From: Octopus sinensis | Lineage: Eukaryota | Length of the DNA: 64,000 nt | Assembly: GCF_006345805.1 (NCBI RefSeq) | Contig: NC_042998.1 | Coordinates: forward strand, 147,250,001 to 147,314,000 | Reading direction: 5' to 3' | Shown here: positions 51,251 through 64,000 of the stretch, in pieces | How positions within the stretch are numbered: position 1 is the first letter of the stretch | Layout of the letters: every line of letters starts with the position of its first letter | The notes under the pieces: generated by a model | The model's input: the letters and a program-made list of their open reading frames with translations, nothing else | What the model was told of the DNA's origin: nothing | Database searches by the model: none | Program-made: the position numbers and the translations under genes

Positions 51251-51589
51251 TGTACGACTCTCTTACTCTTTCTTTTAGTCCCTTCACACTTACTTCGTTC
51301 TTTCCATTTTTCCTTTTATCGCTTTCCCTCTCTCACATTTCTTGCTTTCCCTTCATTCTCACTTTCCCTCCTCGTTTACCTCATTCTGTCCCTTTTCTTT
51401 TCTTTTTCTCTCTCGTCCCTTCCTAATTCTTTTATCCCTTTGCCCCTACCACTCTCCTCTCCTTCCACGTGACCGGTGTTCCACCAAGCCTGACCTTTCT
51501 TTCTTGGTTCAACTACCATCCGTGTACCATCTCTTATATTCCTTCCTATGACTCTCATCTGCTATGCCCTTGCCGTAAGGCTTCACTTC

Positions 51590-51910
51590 CACACACGCCA
51601 GCTTAATTTAATTCGTCCTTAGTCGAAAGATACCTGTTGTTTTTATTTGTAATTGTGCACCATTTCTCCGTAAACATCTGCTTGCTTTCTTCCCGGGAAC
51701 CTAGTGCTCTTAGCTTAGATTTTCTTTGGGCCGGCCAGAGTGGAGCAGTCTCGAATGTAACCGGCCGAAACTGCTGAGATAATCTGGAACTCGACTGAGG
51801 ATAAAAAGCTCCAAATAAGTCGTCCTTGTTTTTTCCTGTCCTTTTTCTATCGTCTAACTGTCCGGATGTTTTATCGTCGCTTGTTACGTTCTTGTTCCAT
51901 TTCTTGTTTT
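51590..51910 (+). mobile_element. Family P2 terminal repeat after a pyrimidine tract
   Basis: CTCGACTGAGGATA.AAAGCTC...CGTCCTTGTTTTTTCCTGTC...TATCGTCTAACTGTCCGGAT, shared with 47261-47350. Confidence 0.65.
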
Positions 51911-51920
51911 CATATATATA

Positions 51921-51976
<56 letters not shown>

Positions 51977-52043
51977 TATATATAATTTCGAATTACAAGC
52001 AACACTAATAATGATGTCACATGCTGATGTCACATACTTACTG

Positions 52044-52358
52044 TGCGTGTTTTATTTATGCGCTCTTTGGTTGGGGGATAACATCAAAGGGAAAAAATCC
52101 CTCTGAGACGCCAAGTGTTAAAGAACATTGATCGAGATCGATGATTATCAATATTTCGCTCTTTTTGCAGCTTTTCAGTATTCTATACTCGAGTCACCTC
52201 GGAATGAATTGCTATCGCTGGTTTAAGGCTCGATCACCTACAAGGCAGGTTGTCTTTCTTGATTTGAGGTTTTTAGTGTTTTTTTAACACTCGGCGTCGT
52301 CAGGGGATTTTGTTCTGACACTATTCAGCCGCCAATAAGCGCATAAAGAAAACATGCA
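52044..52358. mobile_element. MITE-like element with diverged TIRs of about 85 bp
   Basis: TTTATGCGC / GCGCATAAA and GACGCCAAGTGTTAAA / TTTAACACTCGGCGTC are collinear inverted matches. Confidence 0.65.
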
Positions 52359-52454
52359 ATTAATACACACACACGCGCACACACACACACATGAACATGT
52401 ACACACACACATACACATACATACAGGCACAGAAACGTACACGCGCACAAGGAC

Positions 52455-52502
<48 letters not shown>

Positions 52503-53049
52503 TATATTATATTTTAAACCGTGCTTTTGTTCAATCGTTTCACCATAGACTTAACCGTAGAATGTGTGTTTCCACAAGTCGGTATTCTTTTCATGACATA
52601 TAAAATGGGAAGAGGCTAGATAACTGTGATTCGTTCTTTAATACCTGTTTATCAACTTAATATCTGTATATTACATTGCTCATGTGCTGTTGGTCTCTCC
52701 TTAGTCTTTTGGCTTCCAAATGTTCTTTGAAAGTGGTGTGTTGTTTTTCTGGTAGCGATGACGGAGTAAGTTGCTGTGATTATATATATATATAATCTCC
52801 ACCAACTTAGCTCATATATCTACGTATATCAGTGTGGGACAGAACAGATCTACCAGTTTAGCTCCTTAATAACATTACTGAATGTGAACCACGTCACTTA
52901 AAATAATCTGGATGGTTAAATCCAATATAATAGTGATTTAGTAAAAGTATACACGTGCGCGTGCACACGTGCACACAGGTACACACGCACGCACACAGAC
53001 ACACACAAATCTAAATACATATACATATATACATATATATATATGAATT

Positions 53050-53250
53050 TATCTACCTACCTACCAACATACATACAAATACATACGTACACATACTTAC
53101 ATACATACGTACATACACATACATACATACATACATAAATACATACATACATACATACATACATACATACATGCATGCATGCATGCATACATACATACAT
53201 ACATACATACATACATACATACATACATACATACATACATACATACATAC
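53050..53250 (+). repeat. (CATA)n microsatellite
   Basis: Direct reading. Confidence 0.97.
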
Positions 53251-54089
53251 ATGCTTACATGCATATATACATGGTACCTCAGCATATAACTGAAGTATAA
53301 AAGAATAAAAGCATCATAGTCACGTATCATTGAATGTTGAAAAAGTTAACTCCTGTCTGAGTACAATCATCCCTTGTTACGTTGCAAATTTCATGGGCGT
53401 TACCATAGAAACCTTCAAGAGAAGAAAACCGCCAGCCATGAAGCTACTAGCTACTTCCAGAAGTATGTAATCAATGTTAAAAATTACCTTTTCTTCGTCC
53501 TTCCTAATTAATAGGTGAATAGTGCTATCCTTGGAAAGGGTTTCTCAGTCAATTGAGGTGCTACTGATTCTCTCCATTACCATACTTTCGAAAAGAAGCA
53601 ACCAGTTTGTAATTCTATATTTCTAGCTGGTCGCACCTATATGTCCTACGTCTCCCCCACTCTGCAGGAGCTTACCTTCGTAGTGTGTTTTCCAAAAAGT
53701 TCCCGTGAAAGAACAACTTTCCTCCTGGTTGTCCGGTTTTAAATACGAGGGCCAGAAGCCGACCGTTCCTCAGGTCTTACGTCAGTGTATTCTTTTTCTA
53801 GAGAGATTATCATATTGGTGGTCTTGCAGTGTGCTCGTTCCTTCCACGAGTATTTTGCTGTATACGTGCAATTCCTAAACTGTGATGTCAGTGACCCTAC
53901 GTTGGGTTCATGCGTCCTTTTGACAGGAACTGTTTTCTTCGTCTTCTTGTGTCTCTATCAACCGTTCCCACCAAGCAAACCTGGTAGTGGTGATAGGTCT
54001 GGGTTAGTCACCGACGACCCGACCATGTATCAGGCTGTACTTGATTACATTACCAGTAGCACTCCTAAGCGACCCGACGTATACATACA

Positions 54090-54121
<32 letters not shown>

Positions 54122-55446
54122 AACGTATTTACATGCAGACGTTCAGACACACAAGCGTACATAATACATATATACATACATTATACATTAAGAGTCACTA
54201 TTTGTGTATGTATATATGAATGTTTACGCAAACGTCTCCAATTGTACCTATACGTAATTACTTTAGTGCGCAAACTATGGGTAAATGATATGATTATAAG
54301 ATTGTGTGTGTGCTTGTAATCATTGCACGTCTGTAGCGGAGGAAATGAAACTACGTTAATAAGTCCACATTGAAAAATCATCCGTTGTCACAGATTATCT
54401 GATGTCACTAATTATCTCATTAAACTTCTCAGGACATCGAGAGAAAGTGGTGGGATGTTGTTCAGGAGATAGATATAACGAAAAAGTGAGAGTATAGTCA
54501 GATGAGGAGATGGATGGAGAAGAATAAGGAATTAAGGAGGAGTGGTGGGATAAGATTCAGAGAAAAAGAAAAAAGGAAGAGAAGGAAAAGAAAAGAAACG
54601 ATGGTTTGATGGGGGGGGAACGACAGGGGTGGAGGGAAAATCGCAATGAAGGAAACAGGAGGAGCAAGGAAGAGAATTCTTAGAGAATTTAAAGAGATTA
54701 AAAAATATACGAGTGTGGATGGACATGTTCGTGTATGTACATTGTATGTGTGCGTGTGTGTGTGTGTGTGCGTATGTGTGTGTGTGTGTGCGTGCTTGTG
54801 TGTGTGTGTGTGTGAATTGCGACCGGATGCCTTGCCGTATTTCTTGCTTTGAGTTCAAATCTCGCCAGGGCCTTCATGGGTGGTAGACTTAATACATCAT
54901 CCAACTTAACGCTATTAATTGCTCTTGGGACAAAAACATAAAAGCTAATAAATGGAGTATTGTTGTTGTAAAAGACCAAAATAATAAAGTCTGTTTATTG
55001 ATTGAAATTAATAGCCTTTGTGATCATAATATCTTGTCAAAAATATTAGACTGTCTGAAAAATCTTTTTAAATTTGCTCACTGAAATCAGAAAATAAATG
55101 TGGCATCTCAAGGCGGCTGCAATATAAATGATTGTAGAAGCATCGGGAATGATCAAAAGAAGGAACTGAAAATTATTTGAGAATGATATTTGGCTTACCA
55201 TTCCCGCAAGAAGTACAAAAATTGTTTTAACTGGTACGTCATACGTATTCAAAAGAGCATTGTCACTATGAAAACGATAAGTTTTCATGCAAATAACTTT
55301 GTTTTTCAAAACTTATTTGATTTTGTAACTGAACAATCTGGAGTGTTTATCTTAATGGCCTATCAATGTGTACAATGATTTTCTTTGTCCTAGGTGTCAG
55401 GAAGACACTCTGCAAGAAATAGGAAGAAAATTGAAGCAGGAAGACA

Positions 55447-55505
<59 letters not shown>

Positions 55506-55540
55506 CAACAACAACAACAACAACAACAATAATATTAATA

Positions 55541-55989
55541 AAATATTCTGCTCAATACCACAAATTTTCTTGTCAGTTGTTTGACCGTAACTAGTTGAGC
55601 ATGCCTCTTAAATGCTGACAACATGTGCATCTCTGATCACGAACAGAAGTAGTGGGAGAGCATCATAGCCATGTGTTGAGAGGAATTCTTTGGAGCTTGG
55701 GATAATTCACCTTTGGAAAGATGGGTGTTTTGTTCAACATCCTTAAACAAGCCTTATTCAGGGACCTTTGGAGCGAGATGGGCTACTCAACCTGAAGAAA
55801 ATTCTGACTGGGCCCCACCTGCTAGGTCATGCGCTGTTTATCTTGATATGAGAGTACCATGTCGCGCACATATGGTTGTGATGCATGTGCCTAGTATATC
55901 CTTATCAGACGGGTAGTCATGATGGGTATACTGGACTTCGTATATTTTACCTCAGTGTCATTTTGATGGCATGCACTGCTCTCTCACTC
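55541..55989. mobile_element. Interspersed repeat, family E, embedded in (AAT)n
   Basis: Homologous to 570-910; (AAT)/(AAC)n on the left and (GAT)/(AAT)n on the right. Confidence 0.82.
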
Positions 55990-56271
55990 AATGATGATGA
56001 TAATAATAATAAATAATAATAATAATAATAATAATAATATAATAATAATAATAATAGAGTGAAAATAAGAGCACCACAACAAAACATAGCACATACTCAA
56101 GACACACACAGTTGCACTCGTAGAGCAGTGAAAGCTCGTGATAAAAATAAGACTACTGAATAATAATAATAACAACAACAACAACGAGCTTAATGAATAT
56201 AGTGCAAAAGATGGTACAGAAAGCAGCAATAAGCCTAGTAAAGGAATAGGACAATAATAGAAGTACAAGTA

Positions 56272-56804
56272 CAGTAATACCTCCCTTTACGACGACCCGC
56301 TTTACGAGACTCCGGGTTCACGAGTTTTATTTTTCAGCTCAGTATGGTGAGCTGAAATTTTTCAAGCACATGATACATTAAGTTTATAGAGAGCGAAAGA
56401 AAGCTTTTTCTAAGCAAACAACTCTAGACTTGTTTTTTGAAAAGAAACCTACAAGCTTGTCTACGAGTGCTTGTGAAACGGCGATCGCATCTACTAGTGA
56501 TGGTGTGCGTGAGTCTAGTGCGAGTGAAAGTGATTCAGAAAATGATTATGATAATAATATATTTTTTTATAAATGATCTTGACACTTTTTACTTTACATA
56601 AAATATTCTTTCGATTCTACTGTTGTTTTATTGCCATTTATTTACGAGTATTATAAATTTTATAGGGAAAATACTTTTTGTGGGAACAAATTATGATTTA
56701 TAACATTGCTACTATGGAAAATCCTTGCACTGCTTTACGAGTTTTTGCTTTGCGAGTGGTATCAGGGAACAAATTAACTCGTATAACGAGGCATTACATT
56801 ACAG
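56272..56804 (+). mobile_element. Tigger/pogo-type deletion derivative
   Basis: TA|CAGTAATACCTC left end and CTCGTATAACGAGGCATTAC right end. Residual C-terminal frame RKKAFSKQTTLDLFF carries the pogo-type QxxLxxFF PCNA-binding box. Confidence 0.8.
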
Positions 56805-57559
56805 TACACCAAATAAAACACAAAAAGATAAAAAAAATTTAACAGTAGAAGAGCCATAAAGAAGAAAGGATGGATAGCCATGGCAGGAGTGGTGTTGATG
56901 AATGCTAGAAATAACAGCCAAATTTCCCTCATGTATTCTATCACTGTACAAAAAGGAAGATGCTGGATGTTAGACAATGAAGAGCAGGGTATATAGGGAA
57001 CATGTTTGATCATAACTCTACATGATCACTGTTGACCTTGGGCTAAACGACAACAACAACAAAAGTCCAATCTTGTTCCATAGTAATTTACTGTTCTCTG
57101 GGGGTAATGATACGATAAGGTAAGGAAAGTGCCGTGAAAGGGGGATTGTTTGGGTTTATTTTTATGGGCTAAATACTGTGTCTTGTGAAGGAAAAGAAAA
57201 GGGAAAAGAAGGAAAAGAAGGAAAAGAAAAAGCAAAAACGACGACGACAACGGCGGCAACAGCAACAACAGCAACAGCATCAGTAGTAATGATATTAGTA
57301 ACACCAAGAACAAGAATAGAAGCAACAGTTGTAAGCAGTACTACCACCACTAACAACGACGACGAAGACTATGTTCTTGTGATGACGACTTTAGATGTTG
57401 GAAATATATTAACGTTTCATTGGTGTGAAAGCCAACATTATCAGAGAATAAATAGAAAGTTATTAGGAATAACAAACCTAGTCTGTTTGGTGGGGTTTAA
57501 AGAGTAAACCCAGGTGAATATGGTATATTGCTCGACCGATAAGGATGAGGATGATAATG

Positions 57560-57591
57560 AGGACGACGTCGACGACGACGACGACGACGAC

Positions 57592-57675
<84 letters not shown>

Positions 57676-57690
57676 GGTGATGGTGATGGT
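57560..57690 (+). repeat. Compound (GAC)(GAT)(GGT)n microsatellite
   Basis: Direct reading; source of the poly-D/H/M ORFs. Confidence 0.97.
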
Positions 57691-57882
57691 GAAAAGGAGG
57701 AGGAAGAGGCGGCGACGGAAGTTTATATGAGTCATGGAACGAATTACTTTTAGTTATGGTATTCAGGCACATGATGAAGTATGGGTGATGCACCAATCGA
57801 CTTAAAAATATAATCAATATATTTTGTATCCCAGTATATAAAATAACTCCCGTAATTTGCTTCTCGAATTATTATTACTATT

Positions 57883-57907
57883 CATCCATCCATCCATCCA
57901 TCTATCC

Positions 57908-57977
<70 letters not shown>

Positions 57978-57996
57978 TTATCTATCTATCTGTCTG

Positions 57997-58065
<69 letters not shown>
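57883..58065 (+). repeat. (ATCC)(ATCT)n microsatellite
   Basis: Direct reading. Confidence 0.97.
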
Positions 58066-58066
<1 letters not shown>

Positions 58067-58116
58067 GTCTCCATTTTGGAGGCGAACACCGATGTTCTGC
58101 GTAATAGGCTTGATAA

Positions 58117-59279
58117 CACTGGTCAACAAAATTAAATATATTATACTTATTATGAATGCAAGTCAACGTTTTTAGACTAATTTTTCATGCTGATTTTAAA
58201 ATTTCACTCCACTTGTATGCAGCACGTATCGGTTTTTCAGTAGATACATGCAAATATTTACATATTTGTATATATGAAATTATTTACGTAATAAATAAGG
58301 ACATTATTTTTGGAAAGTAAATGAACTTATTGAGTTAAAAATCATTGCTGTCATTCTACAAAGAGTGAATACACAAAAAATAGGCCAGACAAAATAAACA
58401 AAGTTAGAACAACAGAGTTAGAAACATTGTGATTTAGATTTCCTACGGTGTTCCTGATCTGGTTGATTACGGTAAAGTGGCCAGCAGTACTCAGCCAGCA
58501 TACTGTCATTCCAGAAGCCTTACTACCGTTTCTTCATAGCACTAATGTCCTGGTGAAATCTTTCACCATGTTCATCAGACACTGCTCCAAGGTTATCTGC
58601 GAAGAAATCCAGATGTGAGTCCAATAAATGAACTTTATGTGACATGCGACAACCCATTGCTGACTAACATTTCAGAAGATTCTTGATGCCCTCTTTGTAG
58701 TCCATTCCCTTCTTGTTACCCAATAAATTCTTACAGATGCAATTGAAAGCATTTCTGGCTGGCACTTCCAGCTCGTCCAGTGTTGTCTTGAAGTTGACAT
58801 CTCTGAGTACTTCTCTAATTTGGGGTCCGACAAAGATACCCTCTTTCAACTTCGCCTGTGATTTGGGGAAACTTGTCTACAATACACTCAAACCCTCTGG
58901 CATATCTCTTCCCTAGTGTCTTTACAAACTGTTTCCTCAGTCCAAGCTTTATGTGCAAAGGAGGCAATAGGACATTACATGGATCTATAAGAGGTGTATT
59001 CTTGACGCTAGACAGTCCTGGCTGGTATGATGTTCTTGTCTGACAGTTTGATTCCGAATATGTTTGTCAGTTGCCCGGCTATCCCATAGACACAAGAAAC
59101 AACAGAATTTTTTGAAACCTAACTGCATCTCTACTAACATTCTAATGACTTTTAAATCTCCACATATTTTCCATAAGTATCTTTCATAGGCAATGGCATG
59201 ATGTAAAAGTTCCATATTCTCATATAATTCATGAAAATGAACGGAGTGTGCAATAGAAATGGAGGGCTTCAAATTACCT
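58117..59279 (-). mobile_element. 5'-truncated Chapaev3-like (CMC) DNA transposon, transposase pseudogene
   Basis: WKICGDLKVI...KFCCFLCLWDSR...LLPPLHIKLGL.KQFVK...LKEGIFVGPQIR...HKVHLLDSHLDFFADNLGAVSDEHGERFHQDI; terminus CACTGGTCAACAAA at 58117. Transposase identity is clear; the superfamily assignment is from memory. Confidence 0.8.
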
Positions 59280-59497
59280 GATGGTATGGCGCCAAGCAAC
59301 ACGGTCAGCTGTTAGAGTGGACCACTCACGATAATCCATGTCACAAACGCTAAGGACAGTCCTTGTAACGCTTCCTTGGTGCCCTCCTGTTGCGGTGCCC
59401 ATTGGTGAGCTCACCGCACATGATGATCATGGGCAGGCGGTGGTCTTTCATCCTGTCAACTTGTCCTGCCTAACGTAGTCATGTCTCAAGTAAAATG
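59280..59497 (-). pseudogene. RTE-clade LINE ORF C-terminal fragment
   Basis: LR*AGQVDRMKDHRLPMIIMCGELTNGHRNRRAPRKRYKD...WSTLTADRVAWRHTI. Confidence 0.85.
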
Positions 59498-60034
59498 GTT
59501 TCATTTATACAAATTTCACATTTCTAAACTAACAATATGAACTATATTTGGAATACAAGATAATGTAACGGATTTTACATATGAATATTATGGATTATTG
59601 CACAAGAATAACCAAGGAAGTATATATAGATTTAAAGACTTTCATCAAAAGCAGTAATTTTTAATTTTTAATTTACATTTCAAACAAACACCATTTTACA
59701 GTTTTACTTCAAATTTTTAAAAAGAACTACCATTCGATATGTTATACAGAATTCAAATTTTATATCTCTGAAGAGCAGAAGCGTTGTCTATAAATGCTTA
59801 TCAATATACGATTTCATTACAGGGACAACTCTTCTGTGAAACGATCGTAAGATGCTTTAAATAATTAATTCAAAACTTTTAAACTATCATATACATTATA
59901 TATTTATACTTATACATATTTACATATATTTTTATACATATTTATATCTATATATTTTTATATTTTTAATACAATTATTTTTCACACATGTATATCTTTC
60001 TGAGGAGTTTTTATATTGATTTCCTAATAATAAT

Positions 60035-60333
60035 ATATTATTAGATATATTATATATATAATATATATATAATATATATATATATATATTATTATATATA
60101 TATATATATATATATATTATCAATAATACAGTGATTGTTTCTTATCAGGAACAAAATGTTTGATAGGACTGCTATAGAAGTGCTCAATTGAAGAGACAAA
60201 TATGTCAAACTAAGGTTATAGAACAAACAAATGCAAGGTCATCCACATAACATTTCATACTAGAACATTATATAATATATATATATATATATATATAATA
60301 CTTTATATATATATATATATATATTATTATATA

Positions 60334-60379
<46 letters not shown>

Positions 60380-60438
60380 TATATATATATAATATATATA
60401 TATATATATGTATTATTATATATATGTATATATATATA

Positions 60439-60470
<32 letters not shown>

Positions 60471-60472
60471 TA
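60035..60472 (+). repeat. Interrupted (TA)n microsatellite field
   Basis: Direct reading; similar fields at 17110-17260, 46975-47200, 47995-48186 and many other sites. Confidence 0.95.
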
Positions 60473-60840
60473 AAATACACTTAAGTACAGGACATCACCA
60501 ACGAGTGAAAAATAGGTAAAAACACAAGAGAAAGTACAGAACAAAATACCAAGATAACTCGCTCGTCAGTTATCTATTGTTTTACTACTCACTGTTTCGT
60601 GCTTTTAACAAGATAGGAAAATTTCATAAGACAGCATCCAGAAATTTTTAAAATATAAAATTTATGGAGAGTTAGGACTTCGAACGAACGAACAACAACA
60701 GAGTGGACGTACAAAGTAAACAATCGACGATGACAAACATTAAGGGACGTTAGACCAAGGCAAATTGTAATGGATAACGTCTAAGAGAAACTTTTAAAGT
60801 AAATAGAAGAGAATATAGTAGAAGAGAAAAATATCGGGAG

Positions 60841-60894
<54 letters not shown>

Positions 60895-60973
60895 TAAGTG
60901 TGTGTGTGTTTGTATGTATGAATGTATATATGTAGGTATAAATATACATATATGTATATATATATATATATAT

Positions 60974-61004
<31 letters not shown>

Positions 61005-61150
61005 ATATATATATACTTATATATTCATATTATATATATATATATATATATATTATCAGAGTAACAATATAGGGTGAAATTATTAATTTGGAATAATTAT
61101 TAATTACACCAAGTAATTTCGGCATGTAAAAGCCTCATTCGAGGAAAATT

Positions 61151-61778
61151 TAAGTAATACTAAGCAATTAAGGGTTTAGCAACGAATAGCCTCACCACAC
61201 ACCGAATTTAGAATAGCAGTCAAAGAGTTATAGCTATTCTTTCTACTAAAAGGGAGATCTCAGTAAAAACACAGCACTTGAAAGGCAAACACAGACAGGT
61301 AAGAGAGAATGAAATGACGGCAATCTATCATACAATTTTAAGTCACCTACGGACGTACGTTTCGAAATCAAGTTTTAGGAAAGCATAAGAATTAGATAAT
61401 TCTAATGGCTTTAGCTCGCTCTGATACTGAGTTGAGATGATGCCTTCTAGTATCTCAAAATTTAATATACAATTATTCATTATTGTAGTGTCCTACGCTG
61501 ATGAGAAAAGAAGTTGGGTAAGATAGAATTATCTAATTCTTATGCTTTCCTAAAACTTGATTTCGAAACGTACGTCCGTAGGTGACTTAAAATTGTATGA
61601 TAGATTGCCGTCATTTCATTCTCTCTTACCTGTCTGTGTTTGCCTTTCAAGTGCTGTGTTTTTACTGAGATCTCCCTTTTAGTAGAAAGAATAGCTATAA
61701 CTCTTTGACTGCTATTTCTAAATTCGGTGTGTGGTGAGGCAATTCGTTGCTAAACCCTTAATTGCTTAGTATTACTTA
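61151..61778. repeat. Near-perfect inverted repeat (61151-61404 / 61524-61778; spacer 119 bp)
   Basis: Arms of 254 and 255 bp; I found only one substitution and one 1-nt indel. Confidence 0.96.
61492..61582 (+). ncRNA. Type I hammerhead ribozyme with intact canonical core
   Basis: CCTACG-CTGATGA-GAAA...TTTC-GAA-AC(GTAC)GT-C-CGTAGG: 6-bp stem I, GUC triplet, predicted cut after 61576. Confidence 0.85.
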
Positions 61779-62569
61779 TATATATATATATATATATATA
61801 TGCGTACGTATGTTTGCGTATATATATATATATGCAAAGGGCGGAGGAACTCATGAGTAGTCAACGGTCATCCAACAAAATGTGTGTAGACATGTATATA
61901 TGTATATATTGCTTTATATATCTTATTGATATTTTGAAATTTCATATATTTTACTTCGTTTTTTTTTTTATATTTTCATATATGTATGAGGCAGGGCAAT
62001 TCATCTAGGAGGAGGAAATCTCTGATATAAAACCAGGTTTGTGGTTGCTGACAGTCCCCTTAGTTGATGTGCCCTATCAATATCTACTTACTCATAGGGC
62101 AGTCTGGGCTCTGTAGCTTTTGAGCAACTAGAATAGGAGAAGGTCACTCTGATTTCAAATCTGTGATCGATTTAGCATATGATACGTGGCACACGTATCA
62201 GAGCAGGTAAATGCCTTTTTTGATGGAAAGAGTGTGCATTGTGCTGCACAGGCAATGACCGCTATAAACAAAACCATATGCAGGTAGTTCAGCAAAATGC
62301 TATCAGCAAATACCACCATCATGTTTTGGTGTAGAGTCTACCCCCTTCCCCATAAAAGATCCTATGACGATGAAGGGATAGCGACGAGAACAGGTGAAGG
62401 ATATCATTAGACGTTCTTAGATTGAACTTTGCACATAGGTAGTGAAGGATAGATGGCCGCTTTACACAACATCTGCGAGTAATTGTGTAATTCGTGTCTT
62501 GTTTAAGATGACACTTGCTTTCCTCCTATGACAAGAGAATCCATCCATCCACACACACATACACACATA

Positions 62570-62808
62570 TATGGAAGACCAGCAGTCGCCCATGCATACT
62601 AACCTCCCCTCTCCACACCACCAGTGTTATCCAAGGGAAAGGCCAAGGCCTATACAGCTTGGCACCTGTGACGTCGCAACTCATTTCTACAGTTGAGTGA
62701 ACTCGAACAACGTGAAATAAAGTGTCTTGCTCAGTCCGGTCCGGGATTCGAACTCACAACCTCACGATCGTAAGCTCGACGCTCTAACCACTGAGCCATG
62801 CGCCTTCA
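62570..62808 (-). mobile_element. tRNA-head CORE-type SINE
   Basis: Minus strand GGCGCATGGCTCAGTGGTTAGAGCG...GAGTTCGAATCCCGGACC, then TGAGCAAGACACTTTATTTCACGTTG...CACTCAACTGTAGAAATGAGT. Confidence 0.88.
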
Positions 62809-63124
62809 CACACACATGTGTGTGTGTGTGTGTGTGTGTTCTATATTTTCTTGCTGTCCTGAAGAGTTCTCACATTCTAAAATGCAATAAAGTGGCTTTC
62901 TACTTTCAATTTACTTAATTTTCTGGTGCAGGTTTGGGTAGCCAGTCATTTGCACCTAATGACAACGAGCAATGCGGGTAAACAATTTTTGGGTCGCATT
63001 TTCTTGACCCCTCCTCCATAGGAGGAAAGCAGTGTCATCTTAAACAAGACACTGCGCTTCTCATTGGGAAAGTGTCTCTTATCATAGCTCCAGACAGACC
63101 AGTAACTTCTGAGTAAATTAGGTA

Positions 63125-63350
63125 CACGGAAACTGTGTGTAAACCCGTAGTATAAATATGTTTGTGTATGCGTTTGTCCTCCCTGCCCACCGTTTGACAA
63201 CCGGTTTTTGTTTGCTTACATCCCCGTAGGGTAGCGCTTCGGCATAAAAGATCGGGAGAATAAGAAAAATAAGTACTGGAAATAATAGCTAAACCGATGC
63301 CACAGCATGGCCGTAGTCCAATGAATGAAACAAGTAAAAGATAAAAGGTA
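63125..63350 (+). mobile_element. SINE family B, 3' part
   Basis: CACGGAAACTGTGTG...TTGACAACCGG...CAGCATGGCCGTAGTC..ATGAATGAAACAAGTAAAAGATAAAAG. Confidence 0.85.
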
Positions 63351-63575
63351 TACAAAATAAATAAACGTGGGTTAAAAAAAAATCTGGTGGGATTGAAGCT
63401 AGGGAGTAAGGATTGGATGTAAGGGCTAGTAAACAAAGTAAAGGAGGTAATCAAAGTAAGGAACAGCATAGCGGGTGGGGAAGGGAGTGGGTATAGGTAT
63501 GTGTAAGGCGTGGATGGAGTGGAGGATAGCTAGTTCAGAAGAGACAGGTGTACATAGTAACGACAATAAAAAAAT

Positions 63576-63950
63576 CAAGAGAGAGGGAGAGAGAGAGGGA
63601 GAGAGGGAAACAGATAGACGGTGAGAGAAAGAGAGGGAGACAGAGAGAGGGAAGGAGAAAGGGAGAGAGAGAGAGAAAGAGCAAGAGGAAGAGAGAGACA
63701 GAGAAAAGGGAGAAAGAGAAAAAGAACGAGAGGGATACAGAAAGAGAGAGGGAGAGAAGGAAACAGACAGACGGAGAGAGAAAGAGAGGGAGACAGAGAG
63801 AGGGAAGGAGAAAGGGGAGAGGGAAGAAGAGGCAGAGAAAAAGGGAGAAAGAGAAAGAACGAGAGGGATACAGAAAGAGAGATACTGAGATAGAAAGAGA
63901 GATAGAGAGAGAGTGGGGAGAGAGAGAGGGAAAGAATGATAGAGAGAGAG
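63576..63950 (+). repeat. GA-rich low-complexity tract with an imperfect tandem duplication of about 150 bp
   Basis: GAAACAGA.AGACGG...GAACGAGAGGGATACAGAAAGAGAG occurs twice. Confidence 0.9.
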
Positions 63951-64000
63951 AATATGTCAGTCATTGTACCAAGTTACTGAATCAATGTTTGCTAAACAGA

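Noticed and set aside
53300-54050. Possible LTR-retrotransposon gag/protease remnant on the minus strand
   Set aside because: Only a vague similarity (LLIRKDEEKVIFNI), with no catalytic motif, LTR or primer-binding site.
62080-62150. HDV-like ribozyme in an RTE-like 5' region (TGCCCTAT/ATAGGGCA stem)
   Set aside because: Only about 7 nt are available for P3/L3 and P2 pairing is poor; a structure search would be needed.

Overview
AT-rich, microsatellite-saturated animal DNA. The SINE families, including OR1/OR2-like CORE-SINEs, point to a cephalopod, probably Octopus (inference). No intact host gene, tRNA or rRNA is recognisable, and most of the ORF track is translated microsatellite. The window is a transposon graveyard. 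DNA transposons: two near-complete dead mariners (7.4-8.7 kb, mellifera-like; 18.7-20.0 kb, irritans-like), a DD37D maT remnant, Tc1, Tigger, Chapaev3-like and MITE pieces, and several non-autonomous Helitrons, one of them a head-to-tail pair. Retroelements: RTE and restriction-like-endonuclease LINE fragments, about 30 SINEs, and a Penelope GIY-YIG fragment with terminal repeats. The strongest unexplained signal is a set of type I hammerhead-ribozyme folds in Penelope-type termini. One is fully canonical (61492-61582). One family has a fixed A6U core change (three copies), and one has a swapped G3:C8 core pair (28989-29275). Three of these loci sit in fold-back inverted repeats, two with junctions at stem II hairpins. 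Local (TA)n-centred inverted duplications are also present and may be real or assembly artefacts. All ribozyme calls come from manual pairing and are untested.
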